NCBI GenBank assembly: GCA_015057055.1
Contig: SVFE01000001.1
Span: 23,944-87,943, forward strand
Source: Lachnospiraceae bacterium
GTDB taxonomy: Bacteria; Bacillota; Clostridia; Lachnospirales; Lachnospiraceae
DNA: 64,000 nucleotides
Direction: 5' to 3'
Shown: in pieces, positions 1 through 10,044 of the stretch
Layout of the letters: each line of letters begins with the position of its first letter
Numbering within the stretch: the first letter of the stretch is position 1
Translations under genes and position numbers: made by a program
The notes under the pieces: model-generated
Database searches by the model: none
The model's input: only the letters and a program-made list of their open reading frames with translations
Told to the model about the DNA's origin: nothing

Positions 1-614
1 CTGCATTTGTGGTAACAAAGGGAGAAGAGGGTCTCAAAGGGTCCGGACGTTCTATCGAAGCCTATCATATGTACGAGGAAATGAATAAAATCGCGGAGGT
101 TTTTACCAAATTTGGCGGCCATGCCCAGGCAGCAGGTTTTTCGCTTCGGGAGGAGAATTTGGATAAGATGCGAAAAATGCTTAATGAGAACTGCAGGTTA
201 ACGCCGGAAAATATGCAGGAAATCCTTCATATTGATGCGGCGGTGCCGTTGTCCTATATATCCCCGAAATTAGTGAATGATTTAAAATTGCTGGAACCCT
301 GCGGCAACGGAAACGAGCGACCGGTATTTGCCGTGAAAAATTTGCTGCTGAAAAGCGGAAAACTTCTCGGTGCAGAAGGCAAAGTGGGAAAATACCGGGT
401 GACGGAGGAAGCAGGAAGTAGTTTTGAATTAACTTTGTTTCAAAAAAACGGGGAATTCAGGCGTTTTCTGGAAGAAAAATACGGAACAGAGACAGCGGCA
501 AAGCTTTACGGCCGCGGATGCGAGGGTGTGCCGGTTTCGGTTGCCTATTATCCCCAGTGGAATGAATTTCAGGGCAAAAAATCCCTGCAGTATGTTATGG
601 TAGATTATTGCTAG
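1..614 (+). CDS. recJ: ssDNA exonuclease RecJ, 3' part (5' end outside window)
   Basis: DHHA1 motif FGGHAQAAGFS, LEPCGNGNERPVF and a C-terminal OB-like region ending YYPQWNEFQGKKSLQ; the frame is open at the window edge. Confidence 0.85.
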   Translation, partial: AFVVTKGEEGLKGSGRSIEAYHMYEEMNKIAEVFTKFGGHAQAAGFSLREENLDKMRKMLNENCRLTPENMQEILHIDAAVPLSYISPKLVNDLKLLEPCGNGNERPVFAVKNLLLKSGKLLGAEGKVGKYRVTEEAGSSFELTLFQKNGEFRRFLEEKYGTETAAKLYGRGCEGVPVSVAYYPQWNEFQGKKSLQYVMVDYC

Positions 615-630
615 GAAAATGTGCGGATGA

Positions 631-660
631 TTGACGATGGGAAAGGAATCGTGATAAAAT
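631..660 (+). promoter_or_regulatory. sigmaA-like promoter for the acyltransferase gene
   Basis: TTGACG (631-636), N18, TAAAAT (655-660) with an extended -10 TG. Confidence 0.6.
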
Positions 661-717
661 TTCAGAAGGAATGAAAGATATCAATAGAGAAGCAAGAATA
701 GACAGATGGAGTGGAAC

Positions 718-1806
718 ATGGAAATAAGCCAAAAAACCAGATGGAATTATATTGATATACTAAAAGGAATCGGAATTATTTTGGTAGTACTCGGTCATAC
801 GGACCGGATTTCCGATGATTTGTTAAAATGGATTTTTTCTTTTCATATGGTCTTGTTTTTTGTTGTGGCAGGTTATCTTATCGGAAAACAGTACCAGGGA
901 GAAAAAGTAAAAGAAATTGCATTAAAACGAACGGCGCAGAAAATTCTTTTGCCATACTTTTGGTTTAGTTTATTTGCAATCGTATGGGATGCGGCAGGAA
1001 TGATTATCGGCAGACCCGGATACAGCATCGATTCTATGATAGAGAAGGGCCGGGATTTTATCACCGGTTACGGAATCTCCGTATTATGGTTTTTGCCGGC
1101 GTATTTTGTAGCGGTGGTACTTTACCGCGCGCTTCGAAGCAAGTTAAACTATGGTCTATGCCTGATGTCCTGCATCCTCCTTTCGGCAACGTATCTTCTG
1201 ATTGAATGGGTGCCGGCGTACGCTTTAAATGCGGAGCGTGTGTTGGAACCGGGAGTAGTAGCCCTACTGTTCTCCTTTGCAATTTGGAGAGGCGTATTTT
1301 GTGCATTGTTTGTCGCTCTGGGAGAAGGTATTTGCCTTTTTACGGAACATATTTGGAAACGTAAAGTGCTGTGCGTGATAACGGCCCTGGGAGCGCTCGG
1401 TATCGGCAGTCTGGCCGGAATGTATAATGAAATGGCGTCACTTCGTTATTTGCAGATTGGGAATGCGTTTTTGTTTGTGGTATCCGGTGTGGGAATTACT
1501 ACAGGACTTTTGATGCTCTGTAAATGGTACGGAGAGTGTTCCCCGCTGGAATTTGCGGGAAGAAATTCACTGCTTATATTGGTAACTCATTTGGATTTTC
1601 GGATTATGAATGCAGCACTGAAATGCTCGGATAAGGTTTTTGAGATTACGGATCATAATTTTGCACGAAATCTTACCCTGGCCGTTGTGCTGATTGTATT
1701 GGAAATTATTGTGATTTTTATTTTGAATCGTTTTTTCTATTTCTTGTTTGGGAAAAAAGAAACGGTAAAAGATAAAATTTTTGCTCCTTCCCGGGAAGAG
1801 GAGTAA
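718..1806 (+). CDS. Acyltransferase family 3 (OafA-like) polytopic membrane protein
   Basis: N-terminal RWNYIDILKGIGIILVVLGH, FHMVLFFVVAG, LWFLPAYF and GRNSLLILVTH motifs; many TM segments. ATG 718 follows a GGAG SD (706 is an alternative start). Confidence 0.85.
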   Translation: MEISQKTRWNYIDILKGIGIILVVLGHTDRISDDLLKWIFSFHMVLFFVVAGYLIGKQYQGEKVKEIALKRTAQKILLPYFWFSLFAIVWDAAGMIIGRPGYSIDSMIEKGRDFITGYGISVLWFLPAYFVAVVLYRALRSKLNYGLCLMSCILLSATYLLIEWVPAYALNAERVLEPGVVALLFSFAIWRGVFCALFVALGEGICLFTEHIWKRKVLCVITALGALGIGSLAGMYNEMASLRYLQIGNAFLFVVSGVGITTGLLMLCKWYGECSPLEFAGRNSLLILVTHLDFRIMNAALKCSDKVFEITDHNFARNLTLAVVLIVLEIIVIFILNRFFYFLFGKKETVKDKIFAPSREEE

Positions 1807-1829
1807 TCAAAAAAGAAAGGCGAGAAGAT

Positions 1830-2309
1830 ATGATTGTAAATAAGTATCGTTTTAGTAAAGAGTTGATAAAAGAATATGTATGGAGATATTGGCGCACACA
1901 TGTGATTGTAGAATGCGGTATTTTTCTGGCTTTTCTTTTGTACTATCTGTACCTGTTTCTGGCAGGATATCAGTGGGCACTTTGGGTAATCCTCATGGTA
2001 TGTTCGATTCCGGTAATGCTGGTGGTTCGTATCCGGCGGGATAATAAGTTGATTTTGGAAAGAAATGTGGCTCTATACGGAAAGGAAGATCCGGAACATA
2101 CCATTGAAATCGGAGAAGAGATTTTGTATTCCGTGGAGGGTGTGTCCCTTCGCATTTCGCCGAATGATGTAAAAAAGTGTACGCAGACGAAGAATTTGAT
2201 TATTTTTAAATTTAAGGGGAACATGGCGGTGATGCTGAAGAAAGATTCTTTTGTACAGGGCTCCGCAGAAGAATGTCTGGCTTGGTTTAAGAAGAATAAA
2301 CAGAAATGA
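1830..2309 (+). CDS. YcxB-like membrane protein (2 TM plus C-terminal soluble domain)
   Basis: Two N-terminal TM helices and a C-terminal TKNLIIFKF...LKKDSFVQG pattern resembling the YcxB family. Confidence 0.6.
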   Translation: MIVNKYRFSKELIKEYVWRYWRTHVIVECGIFLAFLLYYLYLFLAGYQWALWVILMVCSIPVMLVVRIRRDNKLILERNVALYGKEDPEHTIEIGEEILYSVEGVSLRISPNDVKKCTQTKNLIIFKFKGNMAVMLKKDSFVQGSAEECLAWFKKNKQK

Positions 2310-2330
2310 TAAACAAAAACGAAAATAAAA

Positions 2331-2381
2331 AAAGAAGCTGCCATTTTGCGATCGGAGAATCGGCAAGATGGCAGTTTCTTT
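2331..2381 (+). terminator. Long hairpin, probable intrinsic terminator
   Basis: AAAGAAGCTGCCATTTTGCGAT / ATCGGCAAGATGGCAGTTTCTTT, about 22 bp with G-U pairs and one bulge, just after the stop at 2309. Confidence 0.7.
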
Positions 2382-2399
2382 ATGAGGGGGGAGATAAAA

Positions 2400-2507
2400 G
2401 TGTACTTAACAAGTGTTCGGTACACCTTTAAGTTAAGCAGTATTGCAAAAATGCAATATGCACGGGATAGTGAGTGCATCAACTATCTGTTAACAGAATA
2501 CTGGTAA
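2400..2507 (+). CDS. Candidate 35-aa small ORF (MYLTSVRYTFKLSSIAKMQYARDSECINYLLTEYW)
   Basis: GTG start 6 nt after a GGGGGGAG SD; open frame to TAA 2505-2507; below the ORF-track length cutoff; no homology recognised. Confidence 0.35.
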   Translation: MYLTSVRYTFKLSSIAKMQYARDSECINYLLTEYW

Positions 2508-2674
2508 AATGTGTCTTTTTTGTGATGAATTGGTGAAAGAATTAAAAAACATAAGTTTTATGAAAAACAATACAAGAAGCGGGCAATAAATGTACAGGTC
2601 CTCTGCCTTGTCATTTGCATCAAAAAGGGATACAATATAATATAGAAAAGACTGCGTTTACGGAGGAGAATCAA

Positions 2675-4141
2675 ATGCAGATTTTACGGGAATTATTAGC
2701 AGGACTGGATTATGAATGCAAACAGGGTTCTGTAGACGAAAAGATAACAAAGATTATTTACGATTCAAGAAAAATAGAAGAGGGCTGTCTTTTTGTATGT
2801 ATTCGGGGAGCCAATTTTGACGGTCACGATGCCATAGGAGAAGCGGTAGAAAAGAAGGCAGCAGCGGTTCTGGTGGAAAGTACGGATAATGTTAAAGATG
2901 AAAATATCACTGTTATCCGGACGCCGGATACCAGAAAAGGACTGGCATTTGTGGCGGCGGCGTATTTTGGCCATCCGGCAGAAAAAATGAAAACCATCGG
3001 AATTACCGGTACCAAGGGAAAGACTACCACAGCGTATATGGTTAAATCCGTGCTGGAAAATGCAGGATACAAGGTGGGACTTGTGGGGACAATCGAGGTG
3101 CTGACGGGAAGCCGCAGGATGAAAGCACAAAATACAACTCCGGAATCCTATCTTTTGCAGGAATATTTCCGTGAAATGGTAGAAAACGGTTGCGATGCGG
3201 TGGTGATGGAAGTCTCTTCTCAGGGACTTATGATGCATCGTACGGCAGGATTTACGTTTGATTACGGAATTTTCACCAATTTGGAGCCGGACCATATCGG
3301 ACCGAATGAACATGAAAGTTTTGAAGATTATATGCGTTGTAAAGGTCTGCTTTTTCAAAATTGCAGGCACGGCATTTTAAACGGTGACGATATTCACACG
3401 AAAGAGGTGCTTCGAGGCCATACCTGTAAGGTGGAAACCTTCGGTCTTTTTCCCGGCAATGATTTGCAGGCAACGGAGGTGGAAATGGTAAAAGAGGGCG
3501 GTTTACTTGGCGTATCTTTTGCAGTGAAAGGAGTCTATCAGGATAAAATACGGATTAATATTCCGGGAAAATTCAGTGTTTATAATGCCCTCACCACATT
3601 GGCCGTATGCCGGCATTTCGGAGTGGAAGAGCAGAAAACGAGAAATGCCTTGGTCTGTGCCAAAGTTAAGGGACGTACGGAAATGGTAAAAGTATCCGAT
3701 GATTTTTCCCTGATGATTGATTATGCACACAATGCCATGGCGCTGGAGAGTTTGCTTTCGTCACTTCGGGAATACAACCCGGGGCGATTGGTATGTCTCT
3801 TCGGTTGCGGCGGAAACCGTTCGAAGATGCGGCGCTATGAAATGGGAGAAATCAGCGGAAAATTGGCTGACCTTACGATTATTACTTCCGATAATCCCAG
3901 ATTCGAAGACCCGATGGAAATCATTAAGGATATCCGGGTGGGAATGGATAAAACATGCGGTGAATTTGTCGAAATTCCGGACCGGAAGGAGGCTATCCGC
4001 TATGCAATCCGGGAAGGAAAGGCCGGAGATATTATTGTTCTGGCCGGAAAAGGACATGAGGATTATCAGGAAATTGAAGGGAAAAAATATCCCATGGACG
4101 AGAGAGTTTTAATACAGGAAATTCTCGCGGAAACAAAGTAG
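2675..4141 (+). CDS. murE: UDP-MurNAc-L-Ala-D-Glu--meso-DAP ligase
   Basis: GITGTKGKTT P-loop, NTTPES, EVSSQG, DYAHN and the DAP-specific DNPR motif; GGAGGAG SD before ATG 2675. Confidence 0.95.
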   Translation: MQILRELLAGLDYECKQGSVDEKITKIIYDSRKIEEGCLFVCIRGANFDGHDAIGEAVEKKAAAVLVESTDNVKDENITVIRTPDTRKGLAFVAAAYFGHPAEKMKTIGITGTKGKTTTAYMVKSVLENAGYKVGLVGTIEVLTGSRRMKAQNTTPESYLLQEYFREMVENGCDAVVMEVSSQGLMMHRTAGFTFDYGIFTNLEPDHIGPNEHESFEDYMRCKGLLFQNCRHGILNGDDIHTKEVLRGHTCKVETFGLFPGNDLQATEVEMVKEGGLLGVSFAVKGVYQDKIRINIPGKFSVYNALTTLAVCRHFGVEEQKTRNALVCAKVKGRTEMVKVSDDFSLMIDYAHNAMALESLLSSLREYNPGRLVCLFGCGGNRSKMRRYEMGEISGKLADLTIITSDNPRFEDPMEIIKDIRVGMDKTCGEFVEIPDRKEAIRYAIREGKAGDIIVLAGKGHEDYQEIEGKKYPMDERVLIQEILAETK

Positions 4142-4182
4142 AAAAGTAGATTTTGTAGTTACGGAAGAAAGGAGCAAGGCGG

Positions 4183-6456
4183 GTGGACTTGGAACAGGGA
4201 AAAAAATATGCCGGTGTTGTCATTGACATCTCCCATGAGAAGGTGGACCGCCTGTTTCATTATCGGATTCCCGAGCATTTGTGCGGAAGCATCCGGGAAG
4301 GGATGGAGGTTGTTGTTCCTTTTGGCGCAGGCAATAAAATGCGGAAAGCCTATGTTATGGAGATAACGGACTTTGTGGATTTTCCGGAGGATAAAATCAA
4401 ATGGGTGGAATCCATTAACGATAAGGCAATCGGTATGGAGCAAAAGGTGATGTCGCTGGCCTACTGGATGAAGCGGCAATACGGCTGCACCATGATAGCG
4501 GCCATGCAGACGGTGCTTCCGGTAAAGAAAAAAATCAAGGCTTTGGAATGCAAAACCATTGTTAGAAATGCTGCTGAGGATGAAATTCTGCAATTGATAA
4601 ACAAATGTAATCCGCTTCGGCAAGCAGCCAGACTTCGGATTTTGAAGGAACTGCTGGTATTAAAGGAACTGCCCTTTGATTTGGTTACCGGAAAATTAGG
4701 CGTATCGGCTGCTACCATTAAATCGCTGGAAGAAAAAGGCGTTGTGATAATTCGAAAAGAACGGGAATATCGGAATGCGTTTCTTTCCGGGGCGAAAAAA
4801 ACGGAACCGGTAGCGTTGACGCCCTTGCAGCAAAGGGCGGCGGAAGGGATAATAAATTCTTTCCGATCGGAGAAAAAAACGGTTCTTTTACACGGAATTA
4901 CCGGGAGCGGAAAGACGGAGGTTTACATGGAGGCAATTGCGGCCTGCATCCGCGACGGAAAGCAGGCAATTGTATTGATTCCGGAAATCGCATTGACCTT
5001 CCAGACGCTAAAACGGTTTTACATGCGATTCGGCGACCGGGTTTCGGTCCTTCATTCCAAAATGTCGGACGGAGAACGTTTTGACCAGTATGAACGGGCC
5101 AAAAACGGTATGCTGGATATTATCATAGGGCCCAGGTCCGCTTTGTTTGCGCCCTTTCCGAATTTGGGACTCATTGTGATTGATGAGGAACATGAAAGCA
5201 GTTATAAGAGTGAAAAAATGCCTAAATATCATGCCAGAGAAGTGGCGCAGTATCTGTGTGAGCGGGAAGATGCTCTTTTGGTGCTGGGCTCGGCGACGCC
5301 TTCCGTAGATTCCTACTACCGGGCCAAGAAAGGAGATTATCTCCTTTACGAATTGGACGAAAGAATCGGGAGCGCAAAGCTTCCCAGCGTTCATACCGTG
5401 GATATGCGGGAGGAACTGAAAGCGGGAAACAAATCGTTTTTCAGTCGCAAATTAAAGGAATTGATGACGGAACGTTTTGTCCGGGGAGAGCAGGTCATGC
5501 TGTTTATCAATCGCCGGGGCTATGCCGGATTTGTCTCTTGCAGAGAGTGCGGAGAGGTAATAAAATGTCCTCATTGTGACGTTTCCCTGTCGCAACACGG
5601 GGGCAATCGAAACCCCTATACGGGGGTGGTTACACCCCAGTCACTGGTATGTCATTACTGTGGTTATGCGGTGCCTATGGTGACGGAGTGTCCGACGTGC
5701 AAATCCAAAAAGGTGGCCGGTTTTCGCGCGGGAACGCAGCGGCTTGAAGAAGCCCTGAAAGCAGAATATCCGTCGGTACGGATTTTGCGTATGGATGCGG
5801 ATACGACAAAGAAAAAAGAGGATTATGAAAAGATACTGTCTGCTTTCGCAGCAAGGGAAGCGGACGTTTTAATCGGAACGCAAATGATTGTAAAAGGACA
5901 CGATTTTTCCAATGTGACGCTGGTGGGCGTGGTGGCGGCGGATTTGTCCCTGTTTGCGGCCAATTATATGAGCGGTGAGCGAACCTTTCAGCTTCTTACC
6001 CAGGCGGCGGGTCGAGCCGGGCGTGGTGAAAAGAAGGGTGAAGTGGTAATCCAGACTTATCAACCGGACAATTACAGCGTACTTCATGCTTCGTCCCAGG
6101 ATTACAAGGCCTTTTATGAAGAGGAAATGGTATATCGGACTTTTGCGAAATATCCGCCGGTATGTCATATGCTTGCGGTGCAACTGCTGGCAGGTGAAGA
6201 AGAGCGAATCTGGAACCGAGGGGAATCTTTGGCAAAATGGTTGAAAGAAGAATACGGAGAGGAAGCGGGAATTATCGGACCGGCCAAAGGGGTTGTGTCC
6301 AAGGTGAAAGATATTTTCCGTGTAGTGATTTATATAAAGCATCCGGATATGGAGATGCTGATTCGTATGAAAGATGCGATTGAAGAGAAGATGGGAGAGC
6401 GGGATGAAAAAAAGGAGGTTCTCCAATTTGATTTTGACCCCATCAATATGATGTAA
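4183..6456 (+). CDS. priA: Primosomal protein N' (replication restart helicase)
   Basis: HGITGSGKTEVY, DEEHE, four CxxC zinc pairs, IGTQMIVKGHDF, QAAGRAGR. Confidence 0.97.
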   Translation: MDLEQGKKYAGVVIDISHEKVDRLFHYRIPEHLCGSIREGMEVVVPFGAGNKMRKAYVMEITDFVDFPEDKIKWVESINDKAIGMEQKVMSLAYWMKRQYGCTMIAAMQTVLPVKKKIKALECKTIVRNAAEDEILQLINKCNPLRQAARLRILKELLVLKELPFDLVTGKLGVSAATIKSLEEKGVVIIRKEREYRNAFLSGAKKTEPVALTPLQQRAAEGIINSFRSEKKTVLLHGITGSGKTEVYMEAIAACIRDGKQAIVLIPEIALTFQTLKRFYMRFGDRVSVLHSKMSDGERFDQYERAKNGMLDIIIGPRSALFAPFPNLGLIVIDEEHESSYKSEKMPKYHAREVAQYLCEREDALLVLGSATPSVDSYYRAKKGDYLLYELDERIGSAKLPSVHTVDMREELKAGNKSFFSRKLKELMTERFVRGEQVMLFINRRGYAGFVSCRECGEVIKCPHCDVSLSQHGGNRNPYTGVVTPQSLVCHYCGYAVPMVTECPTCKSKKVAGFRAGTQRLEEALKAEYPSVRILRMDADTTKKKEDYEKILSAFAAREADVLIGTQMIVKGHDFSNVTLVGVVAADLSLFAANYMSGERTFQLLTQAAGRAGRGEKKGEVVIQTYQPDNYSVLHASSQDYKAFYEEEMVYRTFAKYPPVCHMLAVQLLAGEEERIWNRGESLAKWLKEEYGEEAGIIGPAKGVVSKVKDIFRVVIYIKHPDMEMLIRMKDAIEEKMGERDEKKEVLQFDFDPINMM

Positions 6457-6511
6457 TGAATGCAAAAGAATGCACAGAAATATACAGAGAATAAGAAAGG
6501 CAGGAAAAACT

Positions 6512-6991
6512 ATGGCAGTAAGAAATATTAGGGAAATGGGTGATGAAGTTCTGGGGAAAGTATGCCGGGAAGTAACCCGGATGAATGAGCACACCAGAGA
6601 GTTAATCGACGATATGCTGGATACCATGTATGAGGCCAACGGAGTAGGTCTGGCAGCGCCCCAGGTAGGTGTTTTGAAACGGATTGTGGTAATTGATGTT
6701 ACCGGAGAGGACCCCATTGTTCTAATCAATCCCCGTATTGTAGAAAGCAGCGGTGAACAGACCGGAACGGAAGGTTGCCTTAGTGTGCCCGGGAAAGCCG
6801 GTACGGTAACCCGTCCCATGTATGTGAAGGCGGTGGCGCTGAACGAAGATATGGAAGAGATTACGGTGGAGGGAACCGAACTGTTGGCCAGAGCGATTTG
6901 TCATGAGTTGGATCACCTGGAAGGGCATCTGTATGTGGAAAAGGTGGAAGGCGAACTGATGGACGCAGAGCCAATCGAGGATGAGGAATAA
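6512..6991 (+). CDS. def: Peptide deformylase
   Basis: GVGLAAPQ, EGCLS and HELDH motifs; located between priA and fmt. Confidence 0.97.
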   Translation: MAVRNIREMGDEVLGKVCREVTRMNEHTRELIDDMLDTMYEANGVGLAAPQVGVLKRIVVIDVTGEDPIVLINPRIVESSGEQTGTEGCLSVPGKAGTVTRPMYVKAVALNEDMEEITVEGTELLARAICHELDHLEGHLYVEKVEGELMDAEPIEDEE

Positions 6992-7012
6992 AAAGACGAA
7001 AGGAAGATGTAA

Positions 7013-7945
7013 ATGAAAGTTGTATATATGGGTACGCCGGATTTTGCCGTGGGAGCACTGGAGGCCATTTTGGCAGCCGGTCATGAAGTGACGGCGGTGG
7101 TAACACAGCCGGACCGGCAAAAAGGCCGGGGCAAAGAAGTACAGTTTTCACCGGTAAAAGAGTGCGCGGTGGCACACGGGATTCCCGTGCTGCAGCCGGT
7201 GCGGATAAAAACACCGGAAGCGGTAGAACAGTTGAAGCAATATGAAGCCGATATTTTTGTGGTAGCTGCCTTCGGACAGATTTTATCCAAGGAAATATTG
7301 GAGATGCCTAAATACGGTTGCATCAATATTCACGCATCGCTTTTGCCGAAATACCGAGGGGCGGCGCCGATTCAATGGGCGGTCATAAACGGAGAAAAGG
7401 TGAGCGGCGTTACCATTATGCAGATGAACGAAGGCTTGGATACGGGGGATATTTTGTTCCAAAGAGAAGTGGAACTGGAGCCCAAGGAAACCGGGGAAAG
7501 TCTTTTTGATAAACTGGCGGATTTAGGGGCCGGGCTTGTGGTGGAAGCCCTCGAAAAGATTGCATCCGGTGATGTTTCTCCGGTTCCCCAGGAGGATTCC
7601 TTAAGCACCTATGCGGGAATGCTTACCAAGGAATGTGGGCGGATGGATTTTTCACTGCCGGCGGTGAAACTGGAACAGCGGATTCGGGGACTGAATTCCT
7701 GGCCGGGCAGCTATACAAGGTGGCGGGGAAAGACGCTGAAAGTATGGGATGCGGACGTAGTGAATTGCGTAGAGACGAAGGCTATGCCGGGAGAAGTAAC
7801 CGAAGTTTCCAAGGACGGATTTACCGTAGCCTGCGGCGAAGGCGGCCTGGTATTGAAATCGGTACAGCCTGAAGGGAAAAAACGTATGGCAGTCAAAGAT
7901 TTCCTGCTGGGCTATAGCGTGGAAATCGGGGAAAAATTGGGATAA
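7013..7945 (+). CDS. fmt: Methionyl-tRNA formyltransferase
   Basis: MGTPDFA, TQPDR, NIHASLLPKYRGAAPIQ, GLDTGD. Confidence 0.97.
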   Translation: MKVVYMGTPDFAVGALEAILAAGHEVTAVVTQPDRQKGRGKEVQFSPVKECAVAHGIPVLQPVRIKTPEAVEQLKQYEADIFVVAAFGQILSKEILEMPKYGCINIHASLLPKYRGAAPIQWAVINGEKVSGVTIMQMNEGLDTGDILFQREVELEPKETGESLFDKLADLGAGLVVEALEKIASGDVSPVPQEDSLSTYAGMLTKECGRMDFSLPAVKLEQRIRGLNSWPGSYTRWRGKTLKVWDADVVNCVETKAMPGEVTEVSKDGFTVACGEGGLVLKSVQPEGKKRMAVKDFLLGYSVEIGEKLG

Positions 7946-7973
7946 TGCTTTTTAAAATGAAGGGAGAAAAAAC

Positions 7974-8648
7974 ATGGATATTTTATACCTTGCACTTTTG
8001 GTGGCAGCAGCAGCGTCGATGATTGCTTCGGCGTCAGTAAATTCCACCTTTGATAAATACAACAAGCAAATGAGCACCACCGGGATGACCGGGGAAACAG
8101 CAGCAAAGCGGATTTTGGAGATGGCAGGCATTCATGACGTGACGGTTAAGCCCATTTCCGGGAAATTGACCGATCATTACAACCCGGGAAGTAAGCAGTT
8201 GTGTCTGTCGGAAGCAGTGTATTATTCCTCTTCCGTAGCAGCAATCGGTGTTGCAGCCCATGAATGCGGACATGCAATTCAGCATCATACGGAATATTTT
8301 CCGCTTCGTCTCAGAAGCTTATTGGTACCGGTTGCCAATATCGGTTCAAAACTCGGAGTACCTTTGATTTTGCTGGGGCTGTTTTTCGAAAGTTTTATTT
8401 TCCTTGCGGACATCGGAATCATTGTATTTGCGGCTTCCGTGTTGTTCCATGTAGTTACTCTTCCGGTGGAATTTGATGCATCGGCAAGAGCTATTGAACT
8501 GACCCAGTCCTACGGAATTTTACAGGGAGAAGAAGGAAAGAGTTGTAAAAAGGTATTAAAGAGTGCAGCCATGACGTATGTGGCCTCGGCAGCAGTTTCC
8601 GTGATTCAGCTGCTGAGATTGATGGCGCTTCGCGGCCGCAGAAGATAA
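7974..8648 (+). CDS. Putative neutral zinc metallopeptidase (YugP-like), membrane associated
   Basis: LTDHYNP, AAHECGHAIQ (HExxH), TLPVEFDAS, AAMTYVA; usual fmt-rsmB synteny. Confidence 0.9.
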   Translation: MDILYLALLVAAAASMIASASVNSTFDKYNKQMSTTGMTGETAAKRILEMAGIHDVTVKPISGKLTDHYNPGSKQLCLSEAVYYSSSVAAIGVAAHECGHAIQHHTEYFPLRLRSLLVPVANIGSKLGVPLILLGLFFESFIFLADIGIIVFAASVLFHVVTLPVEFDASARAIELTQSYGILQGEEGKSCKKVLKSAAMTYVASAAVSVIQLLRLMALRGRRR

Positions 8649-8661
8649 GTGAGGAAATGAT

Positions 8662-10029
8662 TTGGGTAAGAAAAGTACAAAAACCCGCGCTGTTGTTTTG
8701 GAGATACTTACCGTAATCCACAACGACGCCAATGAAAAACTGCATATTTTACTGCGGAATGTTTTGGACAAATACGATTACATGGATGCCCGGGATAAGG
8801 CGCTGATTAAGCGTCTGGCAGAAGGGTGCGTAGAACAGCAGATTAAATTGGATTATGTAATCGGATGCTATGCAAAGACCAAAAACGGCAAGATGAAGCC
8901 AATCATCCGCGATATCCTTCGTATGGGAGTATATCAAATTTTATATATGGACAGTATTCCGGATTTTTCTGCCTGCAATGAGGCTGTGCTTCTGGCCGGT
9001 GAAAAGGGTTATCGGGGGCTGGGCGGTTTTGTGAATGGTGTGCTGCGGAAAATTGCATCGGAAAAGGACAGGATTCCCTGGCCGGAAAAAAGTCAGGGGA
9101 CGTATTATCTTTCTGTCATGTATTCCATGCCGGAATGGATTGTAAAACGTTGGACCGACCGATACGGCGCAGAGCAAACAGAGAAAATGCTGGCCGGCAT
9201 TTTGGAAATATCGGACCTGACTCTTCGAAGGAAGGAATCCATGAGCGGGGATGAAGTTGCAAGATGGCAGCAGGATTTGGAGAAACAGGATGTTTGTTAC
9301 GAAGAGCATCCGTATCTTTCTTATGCCTATGTGCTTAAAAATAATAACAGCATAGAAGAGTTGCCGGGCTACCGGGAAGGTTTGTTTGCCGTGCAGGATG
9401 TCAGTTCCATGCTGGCGATTGAATTGGCCGGAATTAAAAAAGGTGATTTTGTAGTGGATGTGTGCGCAGCACCGGGCGGAAAAGCCATGCATGCGGCGGA
9501 AAAGACAGGAGAAGGCGGAAGGGTTCTGGCCTCGGATTTACTTCCTTATAAAGTGGATTTGATGCAGGAAAATGCAGACCGGATGAGACTGACGCAGATG
9601 CAGGTACGGCAATGGGATGCGCTGATAAAGGATGAAAGTCTGGAAGGCCGGGCGGATGTGGTAATCGCTGATTTGCCCTGCTCAGGCTTAGGTGTCATGG
9701 GGCGGAAAAGTGATATCCGATACCATGTAAGTGAAGAAGGACTTTTGGAAGTGGCAAAACTGCAACGGAGCATCCTGGCGGTTGCCGCTTCGTACGTGAA
9801 GGAAGGCGGCATTTTACTGTACAGTACCTGTACCGTAAATCCGGATGAAAACGAAAAAAACCGGGAATGGTTTTTGGAAAATAATACTGCGTTTGCGGCA
9901 GAAAGTATTGAGGATGCGTTGCCGGAGGAATTAAAGGGAGGGACCGGAAAGGACGGTCACTTGCAACTTCTCCCGGGGGTTCATAAGTGCGACGGATTTT
10001 ACATTGCAAAGTTTCGGAAGAAAAAATGA
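8662..10029 (+). CDS. rsmB: 16S rRNA m5C967 methyltransferase
   Basis: N-terminal NusB-like domain, QDVSSM, DVCAAPGGK, DLPCSGLG, YSTCT. Confidence 0.95.
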   Translation: MGKKSTKTRAVVLEILTVIHNDANEKLHILLRNVLDKYDYMDARDKALIKRLAEGCVEQQIKLDYVIGCYAKTKNGKMKPIIRDILRMGVYQILYMDSIPDFSACNEAVLLAGEKGYRGLGGFVNGVLRKIASEKDRIPWPEKSQGTYYLSVMYSMPEWIVKRWTDRYGAEQTEKMLAGILEISDLTLRRKESMSGDEVARWQQDLEKQDVCYEEHPYLSYAYVLKNNNSIEELPGYREGLFAVQDVSSMLAIELAGIKKGDFVVDVCAAPGGKAMHAAEKTGEGGRVLASDLLPYKVDLMQENADRMRLTQMQVRQWDALIKDESLEGRADVVIADLPCSGLGVMGRKSDIRYHVSEEGLLEVAKLQRSILAVAASYVKEGGILLYSTCTVNPDENEKNREWFLENNTAFAAESIEDALPEELKGGTGKDGHLQLLPGVHKCDGFYIAKFRKKK

Positions 10030-10044
10030 AAAGGGCAAAAGAGC

